From NCBI GenBank assembly GCA_965153455.1, contig OZ234493.1, positions 22,558,213-22,622,212 on the forward strand: DNA of 64,000 nucleotides. Reading direction: 5' to 3'. A model generated the notes under the pieces. The model saw only the letters and a list, made by a program, of their open reading frames with translations. It searched no databases and was not told where the DNA came from. Of the stretch, positions 25,996 to 44,433 are shown piece after piece; position 1 is the first letter of the stretch, and each line of letters begins with the position of its first letter. This stretch comes from Sphagnum compactum. Its lineage: Eukaryota. The translations under genes and the position numbers were made by a program.

Positions 25996-26494
25996 TCTAC
26001 ATATGAAAGAAGGAAGGTTGTTTTGTTTTGTAGTGATGAGATCCACCAAACCACAATGCTTAAGTATTCTTGGTGTCTTTGGAAAACTCTCAACGAGGAG
26101 GGGTGCATGGGCTTGGTTCCATGGTGTTTGGAACTTGTGGTGCAAAAGTTCTTAAATATTGAATGATTTCTTCATTGAAAATTAAATTAAATCTTGGCTA
26201 AAATTACCACAAAAGTTCTTGAATATTGAATGATTTCTTCATTGAAAACTAAATTAAATCGTGGCTAAATTTTTTGGAGGAATCGGAATGTGCTTTTGGT
26301 GTTGTTGGAAAGATCTTGATGACCAGGATTTAAGGAATTTATTTGGCAAGATTTGGATCAGGATGTGGGAGATATTGATTTTTAAGTGATTTCTTGCTCT
26401 GAAAATTCAAATAAATTCCAAAAAACAAGGTTTTGGAAGGAAAAATCAGTTGAGGACGTGGTAACACTTGGGCCAACGGCACATGCCATTCTAG
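25996..26494 (+). mobile_element. Non-autonomous Helitron
   Basis: Begins A|TCTACATATGAAAG and ends with GGGCCAACGGCACATGCC (degenerate hairpin) ...TTCTAG|T. Contains an internal ~60-bp duplication (26143/26210). Confidence 0.65.
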
Positions 26495-28074
26495 TATTAA
26501 TATGGAAATATGTTTGGGGCTTTTTTGGTAATGAAGATTGTCTCTCTAGGACTTAGAATTTTAGGGGTTAAGTTGGGCAATGACACTTAGAATTCACATG
26601 TTCAAGCCTTGAGTTCACCTTCTAGGATAATTTCATATTGATAACTAATTCAAGTAGTGTTGTTTTTGGTGGATGTGTTTTTTAATCCTTAAAATTAATT
26701 TTTTGGAGTTCAAATTAATTTGAGATCAAGAGGTTTAATCAAAGATTTGAGAAAAACCCATAAATGGTTTTTTTTAGCTCTTAAAGGTTAAAGGTTATGC
26801 CTAGGGAGAGGGACGATATAGAAGTGATCATGTTAGTCTCAAGCTTAGGAACTCAAGTGACCACCCTTGCCACCATGCACTCAAATAACATAACCCCAAC
26901 GTGACCTTGCTTCATCAACATAAAAAATTGACAATGTTGGCAGTGCTACCATTGTCTAAGAATCAATGATTGTAATGTCTTTGATGTCATTTGTAGCTCA
27001 AATATAACAAAATGGATGATTGAAATTGAAGGCGAATGCTTTCATATATTGGCTTGCACCCATCTCATTGCTTCTTTTGTTGGTTTGGCTCACCCAATCT
27101 TTCAATAACTCTTTGTGTGAGTCATTAGAGCTTTCTCTAAAAGAAAGAAAACACAATAGCAACACATGTAATTTGGGCATAATGCAAGATCAAATTTTAA
27201 AATTTCTTTAGGAAAGTACATTGACATTGAACAAGGTGTGAAACTACTTTTATCCCTAATTCTAGTATAAAATTTGTTTGGCCTTGAGTTCATTTGACTC
27301 CACTACTCTAAGTAAAGATAAATTTTTGAAAAATCATTTACAAATTCTTTCATTATGCACATCGCAACATTTGATGTTCCAAGAGGGGTTGAGGGTGAAA
27401 AAGGGTCCAAGGGCATGGTGATTTTAAGGTTAACTTTTATTAATATTGTGTGTCAACACAACTTGCTATGTGTTGTAGTTGCCATTACAAGAATGGTGAA
27501 GGCTTTGGTATATGGTATGAAAGTTTGTTAACATCATGACCTAAAGAGTTACACAATGGAAGGTTGTTTTCCTGATTTGAATTTTCTTTGCTCTCGTGCT
27601 TGAGTGCCTTTTATATGTACTGAAATCACAATGAAAGATCTTTTGTTTTGTGGGATGTATCATGTTTTGGAATACGACGAGAGGCCATCAACAATATATA
27701 GTGCATGTTTGTGGCCACCAATTCCAAAATTTGACAAATTGCAATGTGATGTTTTTCCTTGTCAATGATCCTAGTGCTACATCCAACTTTCTGCAAAGTT
27801 GCAAGGCCCTACCAAGGATTGATTTGGTATCAAATTTTAGGTGGGTGCACAATGTAGGATCTAAATGCTCTCGCAGGCTCCCACAGATCCTGAAGGGATT
27901 CATCCACTAGCACAAAAGGAAAAAATCAACTTTGGGTGCAGTTCAATGCTTTTGCTGCATCAGTAACTGAGGGCGTCCACAAGTGGAACTGGACATCTGA
28001 CTTGCAGTATGATCTGCAAATAGCATTAGTCACTTTGCCATGCCAAGGAAGCCACAAAGCTAAATTTCTAGAGG

Positions 28075-32920
<4,846 letters not shown>

Positions 32921-35334
32921 AACAAGGCACCCCCCACCCAAAATATGTGATATTTAGAACCTGATGACAGTGATCAAGGCTCAAACTTTTAAGTATATAA
33001 CAATCGACACTCACCATATGCATTTGAAGATGTTGATACAAAACTGCTGCTGTCCAGTTGCTTAAGTGACTACAATCAGAGGAAGGAAGCTTTGAAGTAA
33101 CTGGGAACACAATAAAGGCCTAACTTTGTTGCAAACACTCTTACTTAATGCTTACTGTTAGAATCCAATGTACTTGGTGTCTTCACCACCCACATTTCTG
33201 TTTGCCTCATGGGTCCTTTGGACCAAGACTCAACTTTAGTTCCATAGTGTCCTGGAAAGACTTTTGCAGCCTCCATCTTTGGTGATTGCAAATTATTTGA
33301 GCAATCTGTGTATTTGGTGATTGCAAGTTTTGTGAGCAAACACCAACGGATTAGGAAAGGAATCTATGTATGGTTACCAGATAATTCATTCTTCACAAAT
33401 TGTCCATCTCTTTGGGCTCTTTAAGGACTCAGGTACACACATGAGTACTTGCCAGTAAGTCTTGAGGGTAAGGGACATCTGGAGCTTCAAAAGTCCTGAG
33501 AAGAAGAATGGGTGGGCAAAATCAATGCCACACTTTTGCTCCTACTTTGGCAGTTAGCAAATGTGCTTCAAAAGGGGAGGGTGGTTGGGGGCAAGGGGAA
33601 ACCCTAAATGTGAAGAGACACTCAATCAAAGCTGGGCAATGCAGATTTTTGCATGATGTTTTCTTTTTTTCCTTGAGAACCTCTGGCAATTGAATTCTAT
33701 AATGACCTACATTTTCATAAGAGAGCAAGGGCCTGTAAATTGATTGGAGTCAGCTACGTACTTACCGAAAACATCGCATGTTTTTCCCTCTGCTTCAGAA
33801 AAAGAAGGGTGGATGTTGGACCTCAATTATTATTCAATTCCTGCAAATAAAGGCTTTGCCATTCCATACTCTTGTTGCAACCAACAACAACAACACCTGC
33901 ATGAAACTACTGTGCGATAGTTACTGGATCCAACAAAGATGTTGAGTTCAGCCATAATGTGTTGCAAAAACAAACAAACAAACAATTGGCTCTCATCACA
34001 TAATGGCTCTGCCCTTTCAATCAGATCCATAATGATGATAAATATTCAACATACTAAATTGTAAACACATGGTGGTTAGCATGGTGAAGCCCAAGTGGAT
34101 CCTTGAATTATGTTGCTGGAAATGTTTCTATAGTGGACTCCACATGACCTTAGAATGTAGGGATACCAAACTTTGGCCCATTTCATTTCTGGGTGCATCA
34201 CAATGTCTCTCTACCCTGAAGGGTGGAGCCAAGCCAACACAAACAGAGCACACTCCACAGAGCACTCCATTAAAATAAAAAAGAAGCAAATGGATGGATC
34301 ATGCCAAAAAAAAAATTAAAAAAAATCTCCAAATTCGGAAGCAAATAACCCTAATTCTACGAAAAAACAAAAGCCAAACTACTACTACCTAGAGATCTTT
34401 CTTTCACACATCTTCCAGACTGCGAACTAATTACACCAAATTCCATTGAAAATTGCAAAAACAGAAAAGCAAACGGTGACTGATCTATCCACAGACAGAG
34501 GAACCCAACACCCAACAACAAGCATACAGAATGCGGACGCAAAAAAACACATGTATCAAGAAAAACAAAAAATTACCAACTGACCCAAAAACAAACAGAG
34601 ATCTAAAACTTGGGTATCAATCAAAACAACCCAAAATCTCCACAAAAACTTCTCGTTACTCGATCTTTACACAAAACAGAACAAAAACCAACGATTCTGT
34701 TCTCAGGAAGATGCGCACCACCACATCCAGTGCTTGCTCTGCTGCTTGGTTTTGAAGAAATGTAACCGAATTTGCGCTTGCGAGGACGTCCCTTTGTCCC
34801 TTCTTCATTGGTTTGCTCAAAACCCTGAAAATTGGGGGGTGTCCACAAAACTCATGCAAATACCATTCTCCCATTTTGATGGCATTTTCTGAAATGGAAG
34901 TTCAGTTTGATGAGTACCTAGTAGGTAGGTAGGTAGGAAGGTCTCTAGATAGGCTGGTAGGTTGGTATTTTGGATGGAGGCAATTTCACAATTTTTAGAC
35001 CTAAGTTGCAAGAGATATATATTGGAATTTTTGAGCATTTTTTTCATTGAAAATAGAGTAAGAGTAACAACATGAAATATTTAATAAAAATTTGGATTTC
35101 AGATTTAGGCTAAAATGGTGTACTAATTGCACTTTCAAAATTCATTCAACATTACAATATGTGCTCAACATAGGTCACTAGTGATCTTTATTTTGGCTTT
35201 TAGTAGTTGAAGTTTGGAACTTTTAGGGTAATTATATTAGCACCTATGTCCATCCTTCTTTTTTTCCTTGTTGTTGCATTTTTTTTTATACCTAGTAAAT
35301 CGCACCCCACAAAATAATGGGTAGAGTAAGGTTT

Positions 35335-35505
35335 TTTTTTTTCAATTTTGTGTTGTAGCCATATTGGCAATCATTCACAAGAGGGGAATAGCCAAATTTG
35401 GATAGAGTCAGAGATGATAAAAATAGAATTTATAAAAAAAATCCTACTATATTTTAGCAATCAACTAGGACTTATTATATAAACTATGCTGACTTTGAGA
35501 CTTTT
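35335..35505 (+). mobile_element. Dispersed MITE-like repeat family copy
   Basis: The TTTTCAATTTTGTG.TGTAGCC...CACAAGAGG...TAGCCAAATTTGG block has related copies at ~7440 (+), ~42200 (-) and ~43560 (-). Confidence 0.6.
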
Positions 35506-37646
35506 TTTTTTCACAAAACTCCTTTGTTTGAGTTGCATTGGATGGATGGATGGATGGATGGATTTAAAATGGATGGATAGAAGAATTTACAAAAGGATGG
35601 ATGTTTTAGTAGATTGAGATGAAATGCCATCATGTAGGCCATGTAAGACAATGGTTGAGTCTCCATCCACTTGCAATAGATGGATGGATAGATGCATGGA
35701 TGGATGTACAATGGATATTATTAGTATAGTGTGCTCTCAAAGACAATGCCACAAATGGGTTATTTTAGAGGAACTTGGAATTGGAATGGTAGATCAAGAC
35801 CCATTTGGATTTTTTCACTCAAATATTGTCTAAACAATTCTAGCATTGTTTGACACAAAATCGATATTATCCCAACAAATTTTGCCTCTCTCTCAACAGC
35901 TGCATACTGAATTACGCACCTGAGTTTTTCAACTGAGCAACACATCCAGAAAGTAAACTGGAGAATTCCAGCATGAATCATTTTGGCTAAGGATTCAGGC
36001 AAATGAATTGCTCATTGTTTCTCTTTGTGATGCAGAACTAGTTCAAAGGCAGCACAAGAGGGCACATTAATCCTCATCTTCAAGAGAGTAAGATGGTGTT
36101 TGAGAAAATATTACTTGCATCAAAATCACATTCAATTACCCATCAATAACTACGTACAATGAAGTTGTGGTGGGCGTGTAATTCTGCGTTTCATTTTGAG
36201 ACATGAGGGTAAAATAAAATGTAGCAAATAGTAAAAACCCAAGTTCACTCTCTGGTGGTCTACTGGCACATTATTTTGCCTTCCAAGTTTTGAACAAAAC
36301 CCATCACCATAGCGGTAGGAACAAAGAAGTAATTGAACACGGTACCTATCAATCCCTTCTAGTAGACCAAACTGCTTCCAATTGCAAGTGTCAAAATATG
36401 ACTTCATTGAGTTGCATCCCAATTCAACTTTTGACTTTGTTGAGTTGCATCCCAATTCTTCAACTTCCAAGCGTTGAATGGAGTGAGTTCCATCCCAATT
36501 CAACAACTTGTACACGGATGAGTCAAATAAGAACTTTTTGGAGTTCTGACATCCCAACTACTCAACCTCCAAAACTGCCCAACCTCCAAGTGTCAGTGCT
36601 TCAACTTTTGGAGGTTTGGGTGGCTCTCTAAAAGCACAATAATCTTCCACTTCATAATTGTTTTCGTGCTGAATTGGGAGGGGCATGTTTACTAAAAATG
36701 GCCATTTGACATCTACTTTGTGAGAAGGAAAAGTACACACATGGGGAAAAGAAGCTTAAACAAACTCCAAAAAAACCACATTGAGACTAAAATGACCTCC
36801 TCACATGGAAATTCAGCAATCAGATGGTAAAACCTGAATTATACTCACATGTATAAAAGAGCATCTATCAACCCCTTTGGGAAACCAGACAAATTTTAAG
36901 GTTTAACCAATCAGAAAAATATCTGAGAGGTGAAAAAAAAAGCACAAATACAACTAGTCATCATCCATCACTGGATGAAAAAAGGTGTACATACAACTAA
37001 TTAAAGGGGGAGGCTATGACAAGCCAAAACAATCATCCATCACTGGATAAAAACAGCGTAGAGCTATACCAAGCAGAACACTGTAGCAGACTGTAGAGCT
37101 GCAGCATACTGGTGAAGCCCATTCTGTTGTCACTAACCTATCAGGTAAAATGAAATCATGGTAGTATCCATGATCCATCCAATGAAATGTAAGAGAGGCC
37201 CATTCAAGCACCTCCTGCATTAACATCGGAAAAAAAAACCTGGTGTAGAAGCTAAATAAGAATGGAGCCTCATTTAAAGGGCAGCCCAAATGGTGTATAC
37301 AGTAGTAATGCAAGTATCTGTTGCGTATGTGTAACAAACTCATACATGCCAATTTCGTACTTGGCCTGTACGAGGAAAAATGCAACATGATCTTACTTAC
37401 AACTGGAAGGGGATTCTTTATATCAGTGCTTGATTCAGAAAACAAGACTGAAAAAAAAAGGTCAGCGAGCTAGTGGGTCTTTAGCTCAAGTCCGAATGTT
37501 GGACAGATGTTGAGATCTAATATGCTTTGCTTGTGGGGTTCTATTCTAATGGGTTTATAGGGAGGCTGGAGTGATCAGCCATCCTTGGTTGCACCTGTCA
37601 GCTTGGTGCATCCCATATCTGTATGAATCTGTTGTGTATAAATATG

Positions 37647-39827
37647 CTACTGCTGTTTGGCCAATTCTTTGGCCGTCACAAATGTACCATGGAAGCCATA
37701 AGGCACTCGTGAGGGCAGCTTCACAGAGGCTTCCAACTTCCACGAGGGAGAGGTTGCATCCAACACCAGAAGCTCAGATTGGCCTGTGCTTTCATTGTGC
37801 ATGAATGCCAGTACACAGCCATCATCCTCAGGTGCCGAGGAATGAGATGAACGTGGTATAAAAGTTGGCTCACCTCCATAGCAGTTGTGTCCATACATGT
37901 ACTTTGTCACCTCACCAGTGACTAAATCCACCTTTGCAATGCCCGACACTTTAGGCCATGGCTCGGCAATTGCAAGGTATGTGTACCTGTTCTTGCGCCC
38001 AAGGAAGTTGCGGTTCATCTGGCCCGCTTCCAAGTTCAAGCTGGTGAGCTCACGTCTGGTAGAAACTCCTGTAGTCCTGTTGAGACGAATTTCTGACAAA
38101 GTGCTCTTGAGGGCTTCATCAGACCCATTGAAGATGCTGTCAGGAGGTGTCATGCATGAGCCAATGACCACAACCTCCTCCCCTTCCTCCCAAGCATTCC
38201 AGAGATGGAAACAAAAGCAATCGGGGACATCTATCCATTGCAATCGAGCTTCGCTCTGATCATACTTGGGCAGAATGCCAAAGCGAGCACTCTTGTTGCT
38301 ATTGTGAATGACTGGAGAACCACCAGAGAACATCTCCTTCAGACGGAACACCATCTGCTGGTCGGGAATCACCACAAAGTTCTCAGTGATGGCAAAATCA
38401 TGCATCATGGTTGGCTCTGGGAGTATGATGGAGACTTCTGGACCTCTGATGCCGTCAGGTGAAATGTAGAAGTACTTGAGGAATGGAGCTGTTGTAACAT
38501 TATAGCTAAGTGCAAACAGCTCTCCAGAAACAGGATCGACTTTTGGGTGTGCAATCATGCTGCATGACAACTGCCCATTGAAATCGTAGCGCCCAACTGT
38601 CTCCAGATCACCATCTGCCAACACTCGCACATGGTATGGCAAGTCATCCTCGGACATGGCAAGCAAGTGGCCATTGTGGAACACCACGCCTGCATTGGCA
38701 ACACCCATGCCTTGTGTCCCATCCACAAGCCCACAGAGTAAACGGGCAGCATGCAGGAGCAAACGTGCGACTCCCCCATGACCATGAAGCTCGCCAATTG
38801 CTTTGGGGAAGAAGGCACGACCAGCCTTCTGTTCCTGGATGAAGCGCTGTGTGCGTGTGAACCTGCAGGAGTATCTGACAATACCCTGCTTGAATTGCAC
38901 AGCATGCAGCATGCCATCGCCATCAAACAGATGGTGGCCACCTTCCGGCTCAAACTGGGGATTAGCACCATTGCGCACATAGACGCCCTCAAGGAATGAT
39001 GGCAGCTTGCCTGTGACTTCAAGCTCATTCATCACACTTCTCTCCTCAACTGCTGCATAGTTTCCTTGCAGCTGCACAGACGGGTCAGTTGTGGGTGGCA
39101 ATGGAACCTTGCTCTCCAAAGCAGTAACCACCGCTTTCTCCACCATATCCAGAACCAATGTTGCAAATTGCTGAAATGGGTTCAAGTTCTGGTCAGCAGG
39201 CCGAGCCCTGAGTGGTGCAGAGAGTGCAAGACCTGAAAGCCCAGGCTCCACTTCCCGAATCACTGGCGTGACTATGGTACCCAGAGACTGTTGTGCTGGA
39301 GAAGAGGAGGAGGATGACGGTGAGGATGATGGTGATGATGATCCCCGAGCCTGGCTGCTGCTACTGGCTGCCGCTGCAGTTTGAGAACTCTCATAGGAAA
39401 GAGAATTGCCTTCTGATGATCTGGAAATATTGTTGCTGCCCGTTGCAGATGCATGCAAGTTGTTGTTGTTGTGCCTGGACTTGAGTTGTGCAGCACGCTG
39501 ATCACCAGCTCCACCACTTGATTCACATTTCTTACAAGTGAAATCAAGCACAGATTGCGGCGCTGCAACATGAGCCCACATGCCGCCACTACGGCCTCCT
39601 CCACTCTTTGCTCTGGCAGCAACTACTGTACCCAGCGACAGAGATGAACAACGCACAGCACAAGCACCAGAAGCAGCAGCAACAGCTTGCTCGCTAGAAT
39701 GCAGGACTTGAATCCCCGCAACAGCAGCTCTGCGATTCCTTCCCGCCGCCTCCACTCCTCCGCCAGCTGTTGAACTAATAGCTGTCATTCCACAAGTGCC
39801 AATTTTGCACTGCAAAAGAGCCACCAT
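37647..39827 (-). CDS. NCED: 9-cis-epoxycarotenoid dioxygenase (ABA biosynthesis), single exon, 726 aa
   Basis: Motifs [23 protein letters not shown] and NCED-type [17 protein letters not shown]. The four Fe-binding His lie in [24 protein letters not shown] and [10 protein letters not shown] long Ser-rich N-terminal extension is present. Confidence 0.95.
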   Translation of the reverse strand: MVALLQCKIGTCGMTAISSTAGGGVEAAGRNRRAAVAGIQVLHSSEQAVAAASGACAVRCSSLSLGTVVAARAKSGGGRSGGMWAHVAAPQSVLDFTCKKCESSGGAGDQRAAQLKSRHNNNNLHASATGSNNISRSSEGNSLSYESSQTAAAASSSSQARGSSSPSSSPSSSSSSPAQQSLGTIVTPVIREVEPGLSGLALSAPLRARPADQNLNPFQQFATLVLDMVEKAVVTALESKVPLPPTTDPSVQLQGNYAAVEERSVMNELEVTGKLPSFLEGVYVRNGANPQFEPEGGHHLFDGDGMLHAVQFKQGIVRYSCRFTRTQRFIQEQKAGRAFFPKAIGELHGHGGVARLLLHAARLLCGLVDGTQGMGVANAGVVFHNGHLLAMSEDDLPYHVRVLADGDLETVGRYDFNGQLSCSMIAHPKVDPVSGELFALSYNVTTAPFLKYFYISPDGIRGPEVSIILPEPTMMHDFAITENFVVIPDQQMVFRLKEMFSGGSPVIHNSNKSARFGILPKYDQSEARLQWIDVPDCFCFHLWNAWEEGEEVVVIGSCMTPPDSIFNGSDEALKSTLSEIRLNRTTGVSTRRELTSLNLEAGQMNRNFLGRKNRYTYLAIAEPWPKVSGIAKVDLVTGEVTKYMYGHNCYGGEPTFIPRSSHSSAPEDDGCVLAFMHNESTGQSELLVLDATSPSWKLEASVKLPSRVPYGFHGTFVTAKELAKQQ

Positions 39828-40454
39828 TTCACACAGCTACTTGTTCTCTTGAAACTCCCACCCGCCACACACACAAATGCAGCTCACTGACAACCAGCGC
39901 CTTAAATTCAGCTGCAGCAAGCTCTTCTTCTTCTCCTTCTTATTCTTATTCTTGAACAAAACTTGCTCACAATTAGCTGCTGCTGCTCCTGCAAAAGCTC
40001 ATTCCTAGCAGTCTTCTTCTCCTCCGCATATTCTTTCTCAATTGCAAGCTGCTGATACTGCTGATGAGTGTGAGTGAAGTGCAGCAACGAAGTCGGAAGC
40101 TGGGGAGACGATCGACCAAGAGCTGCCGGAATGGACCTCTGCAGTCGACGCTTTGGAACACAGCAGCAGCAGCAGCTAGAGATGGGGGGCAGTTGAGAGA
40201 GCATGCGGAAGGAGGAGCAGCAGCAGCAGTTGAGGAAGAGTGATGAATGGCTGAGCTGCTTCAGGAGCAAACAGTTTGCTACGGGTCTTGTAGGAGGAGG
40301 AGGAGGAAAGGACTCAAAAACAACTTCAGTTGGTTCTTGCTCTTCTTCTTCTTCTTGGGTCTGAAGAAGAAGATGTCTTGTGGTAGACACAGTGCTACTA
40401 TGCGCGATCAGACAAGCAGCAGGCACTCACAGTTGTAAAAATACGCGACTCGCA

Positions 40455-40690
40455 ATTGCTCATATAGTTTCTCTTCAGCAGGACTGACAAAAGCGGGTGC
40501 CGGGCCTCCTGACACTGTCCTCAGGGACCGGTGGACCTTCCGTCCAAGTCCTGAAACCTCGCCAGGTGGTGACCGACTTGTAGCCAGGTGGATGCCACGC
40601 GCACCATGTGTCAGCACTCCACGCATGGTGGCACAAAGGGCCCCGCCCCCGCCCTACCACCCCCCCCCCCCCCGGGCCCCGCCCCGCACG
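40455..40690 (-). promoter_or_regulatory. Putative NCED proximal promoter with stress/ABA-type elements
   Basis: Weak TATA-like at ~40462-40466, DRE/CRT core ACCGAC (40572-40577), ABRE/CE3-like CGCGTGGC (40594-40601), MYC site CACATG (40605-40610), GCCAGGTGG twice, and a G-rich tract at 40641-40685. Confidence 0.5.
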
Positions 40691-41918
40691 CTGTTTCCTC
40701 CGACTCCCACGATCGCTGTGCGTGCACGGTCTCTTCGCTCGGGTCCAAGAGGGTAAAACCTTGGCGCAAAAGACGGCATGTGTAACGGATTCATGGTCCT
40801 TCACTCCTCCTGCAAGGTAAAAACTAAAAACCCTGGAGACAAATGCGGCGAGCTTCACGGTGGCATCCTTCCAGAAAAGGTCAGATTAATGAATGACGAG
40901 GTTTTGTTTTTATCAAACAAAAAACATTTTGAAAAAAAAGAAAAAGAAAAAATCACATCGCATTCTCGGAGCAGTTCGTGACGCTAGTTCAACCTGTTCG
41001 AAAAGCTCTCTCTTCTTCGTCGGCTTCTTCGCCTTCGCCTTCTTCTTCTTCTTCCCTCCTGGTGCTTTTCCCAAAAGGTACCCCCGCGCGCGCGACAAAA
41101 TCTTTCCTCGACCTCTTGTAAAAACCCTCCTCCCTCATGAGACGTACTCGACAAGAAAGACGTCATGACTAGAGCGTATAGCTAGGCTTCTTCTTGGACT
41201 CGACTAGTGATTCCGGAGCAGCAAGTTATGTAAATTTCACAACCGGTGAAAGAACTGGAACTCATCATCATGGCGCCTTCCAACCTCGTTCCGACAGGCT
41301 TTTGCCAAATGATTGATCTTCTAGCCCGCAATTGTTCTCCTTGATCGTCGTCATCCGCTTCTCCTGGACGCATTGTGCCATGGATGATGATGCTGCTGAT
41401 GATGTACTACTGTTGCACAGTCCGAGTTTCCTTGAAGTGGAAGAAGAAGAAAGGCAAAACAAGAAAGAATGCACTGCACTAAAACATCAAAGCTCTCACA
41501 AACCCCGGCAATTGCCTCGTGATATCACACGCCTCCAGTTCCTGATCATACCTTGCATTCACTGCCCGCGCACTCACATAAACACAAACACACACATCTC
41601 ACTCTCTCTCTCTCTCTCTCTGCATAATCTTCTTCTGTAGCATTGGCGTCACGTTCTCCAGCGCCTCGAGAGCCAGCAAACAAAACCGTGCAATTGACGT
41701 CCATAACCACAAACACTAGCTGCCGCACAGCAAGCAAGCAAAACCAAAACCAACATTACAGAGAAAATCACACCCACACACACACACACAACAAAACAAA
41801 AGCGGACCATTTCCGCCGCGACGACGACGACAAAGAACCCTGCAGCAGCGACAGTACCTGAGCACCTACGAGATTCGTGATCCTCTGCTGGTGGTGGCGG
41901 TGTTCTCTGCATCTGATC

Positions 41919-42311
41919 CACTGAATTGTTTTTTGTGGCGAAAACTCGCCATTTTGTGCAAACCCAAAAAACCAGGAAAAAAAAACCATAAAAAAAACAA
42001 AATTACGTCCCAAGCAACATGGTGGAGGGAAATTTTTGGGAAATTTTCAAAAAAAAACGCCATATTTCCAGTAAGAAAACCAGGAAATCGCCATGATTTT
42101 GGGAGGATTTTTTGGGGGCAGAGTTTTCTAGCTTTCTTCTGTTGAAGTCTCGCCATATTTAGCTAATAGGTTTACCAACATTATAATAGGATTCCTAAAT
42201 TTTTTACTTCATTATTTGTGTTGTAGCCAGATTTGGCTATATCCTCTTGTGGTTGATTGCTACTTTTGGTGCAACACCAGAAAATTGGAAAAGGAAAAAA
42301 AAAACTAACTG
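41919..42311. mobile_element. hAT-type MITE with 8-bp target-site duplication
   Basis: Flanked by ATCTGATC (41911-41918) and CTCTGATC (42312-42319), with CA...TG termini. Contains the dispersed repeat block. Confidence 0.6.
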
Positions 42312-44433
42312 CTCTGATCGCATTCTAAATCCTTTTCTTTTTCTTTGGCTATTGTGCTGGACTTGTCACTATATCCTTCTCTTTTTTATTTTGGCGAATC
42401 AGGAAAAAAAGAAAGAAAAGGCAATGATAGTCATACAAAGGATTTGTTTTGGAACAAAAGTCGCCATATTTCTGCGCAAAAAAACCTGGAAAACAAACAA
42501 ACAAAAGTTGAAATCACTCATATTTAGACCATAGCTTGGTGTACTAGAGTGGGGTTCCATACTGACAATTTTTGTCGTTGTTTTTGACTTGACAAAAAAA
42601 AAGTGTGAAATTTTTTTTGGGAGATTTTTATTGTTTTGGGTTGCCTTTCTAGTGCAAATTTGAGCCATTAGTTTTCTTTGGAAATATTCGCCAGATTTTT
42701 TACATTCCAAAACTGAAAAAGAAAAAGCCCCTGATGTGTGTACCCCCCCTCCCCCCCCCCAAACCGAATATTGTCCTTGCCATTAACCTAGGCAAAAAGA
42801 AGAGGGGGGGGGGCGGGGGAGGGAAGGCAGTTAGTGATATTTTTTGAACGACTTATCGCCAATTTATTTAATAACTATCGCCAATTATTGCTGAATCCTT
42901 ATCTGGGAAAAAACTGGGAAAAAAAGAAAAAAAAGTCCAATAGATGAGCCGAAAGACCCAGCCGGGTTAAAACAATTACCCAGACTGGGTAAACAAGCAT
43001 TTATTAATTAATTAATCAATTGCATTTTAGAATTGCCAGAAATCTTGAAAAATACGTGCCTGCCATGCCAGAAATCTGAATGAATTATCTCTCAATAATT
43101 CACAATAATAGCTTTCATTATTTCTAATGTTAGTCCTGAATTGTAAAATTACTATTCTTATTTTCACTTGCCGAACATAACTGACAACCAAAAAATAAAT
43201 TATTAACTATTCAGCCGTGCATCTTGCTGCCGAAACAGTTAGGAAATTTTATTTTATTTTTTGTACGTGTTCGTTCCATGAGTTTTTTTTTTTGAGCCTT
43301 CTATGTGTCGAACCAACAACTGAACCAAATTTTGTTCGAGAGGAGGGCTTCCAATTTGGTGAGCCAGTTCCAACAGACTGACAAATATTTTGTTCACATC
43401 CAATGAGGTGAGCCAGTATGAGCAAGAACTGACTTCCCGAAGACACTACATACCCGGTAACAAGCACCCTACAGTCAGCCGGACCATCGATGTGGCACAC
43501 TGATCCACTAGCCAGATAGAAATAGAAGGATCCTAAAATTAAAAAATCATATTATTTTATTTGTAACCAAATTTAGCTGGATCATCTTATGGACAATCAT
43601 AACTTTTGTTACATTAAAAAACATTTGGAAAACGGAAAAATAAAATAAAATTGGACTACCACACACCCAAAGGGGGAAATAAACAAAACCTAGTTGTCTA
43701 ATTTTTAGATTAAAAAAAGAAAAAAGAAAATTAAATAATTAATACATACATATATACATACATACATACTCCCCCAAAAAAAATTCAATCAAAAAAAAAT
43801 ACTTAAATTTTAGTGTTTTTTTCATCAAAATAGGAAGAACATGAACAAGAACAAGAAGATGATGTCCCAAAGCAAGTCTGAATATTTCTTACATCTAATG
43901 GAAGGAGACGAAGCCAATGAAAATATATTTTTCCGACCTCTTACAGGTCTAATTTATAAAGAGAGATCTCTACATGTATTTTTAAAATTATGAAACAAAA
44001 TCGAATATATTTCTCACCTCTTCTATAGGTCCAAGTTGTGAACATTAATTTTTTTTTAATTTTAATTATTTATTTAATTATTAAAATCAATTAAAACCCC
44101 CACAAAAAAAAAAAACTCTGTCTCTCAATCCGCTTCAAATACCAAAGATCCGCACAAATCTGCTGACCAAATGCCATGATCAGCATATTTGGCAGCGAGC
44201 AAATAAATTAAATTAAATTAAATCAACTCAGCACCTCTCGTCCTTGTTGGGAGGACTTTCCGTTGCATCGTCAATTCGATTTCGATGGGTTGTGTGTTCT
44301 TTTTTCTTGTCTTTCTCTAGGGGGGGTTTTGTGAAGTCGAAGGAGAGGGCCAGGCCACGCCACGCCTTTTAACCGAACGAACGAGGGCCAGGCCTTTTAA
44401 CCCAACTCGATTTATCCTCAGTCATCATGGGTT

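Noticed and set aside
36150..36740. 135-aa and 113-aa ORFs between ADK and NCED
   Set aside because: No recognisable domain, and they are partly built from a short GAGTTGCATCCCAATTC duplication.
37885..39622. Overlapping alternative-frame ORFs within NCED
   Set aside because: They are shadow frames of a GC-rich CDS with no independent motifs.
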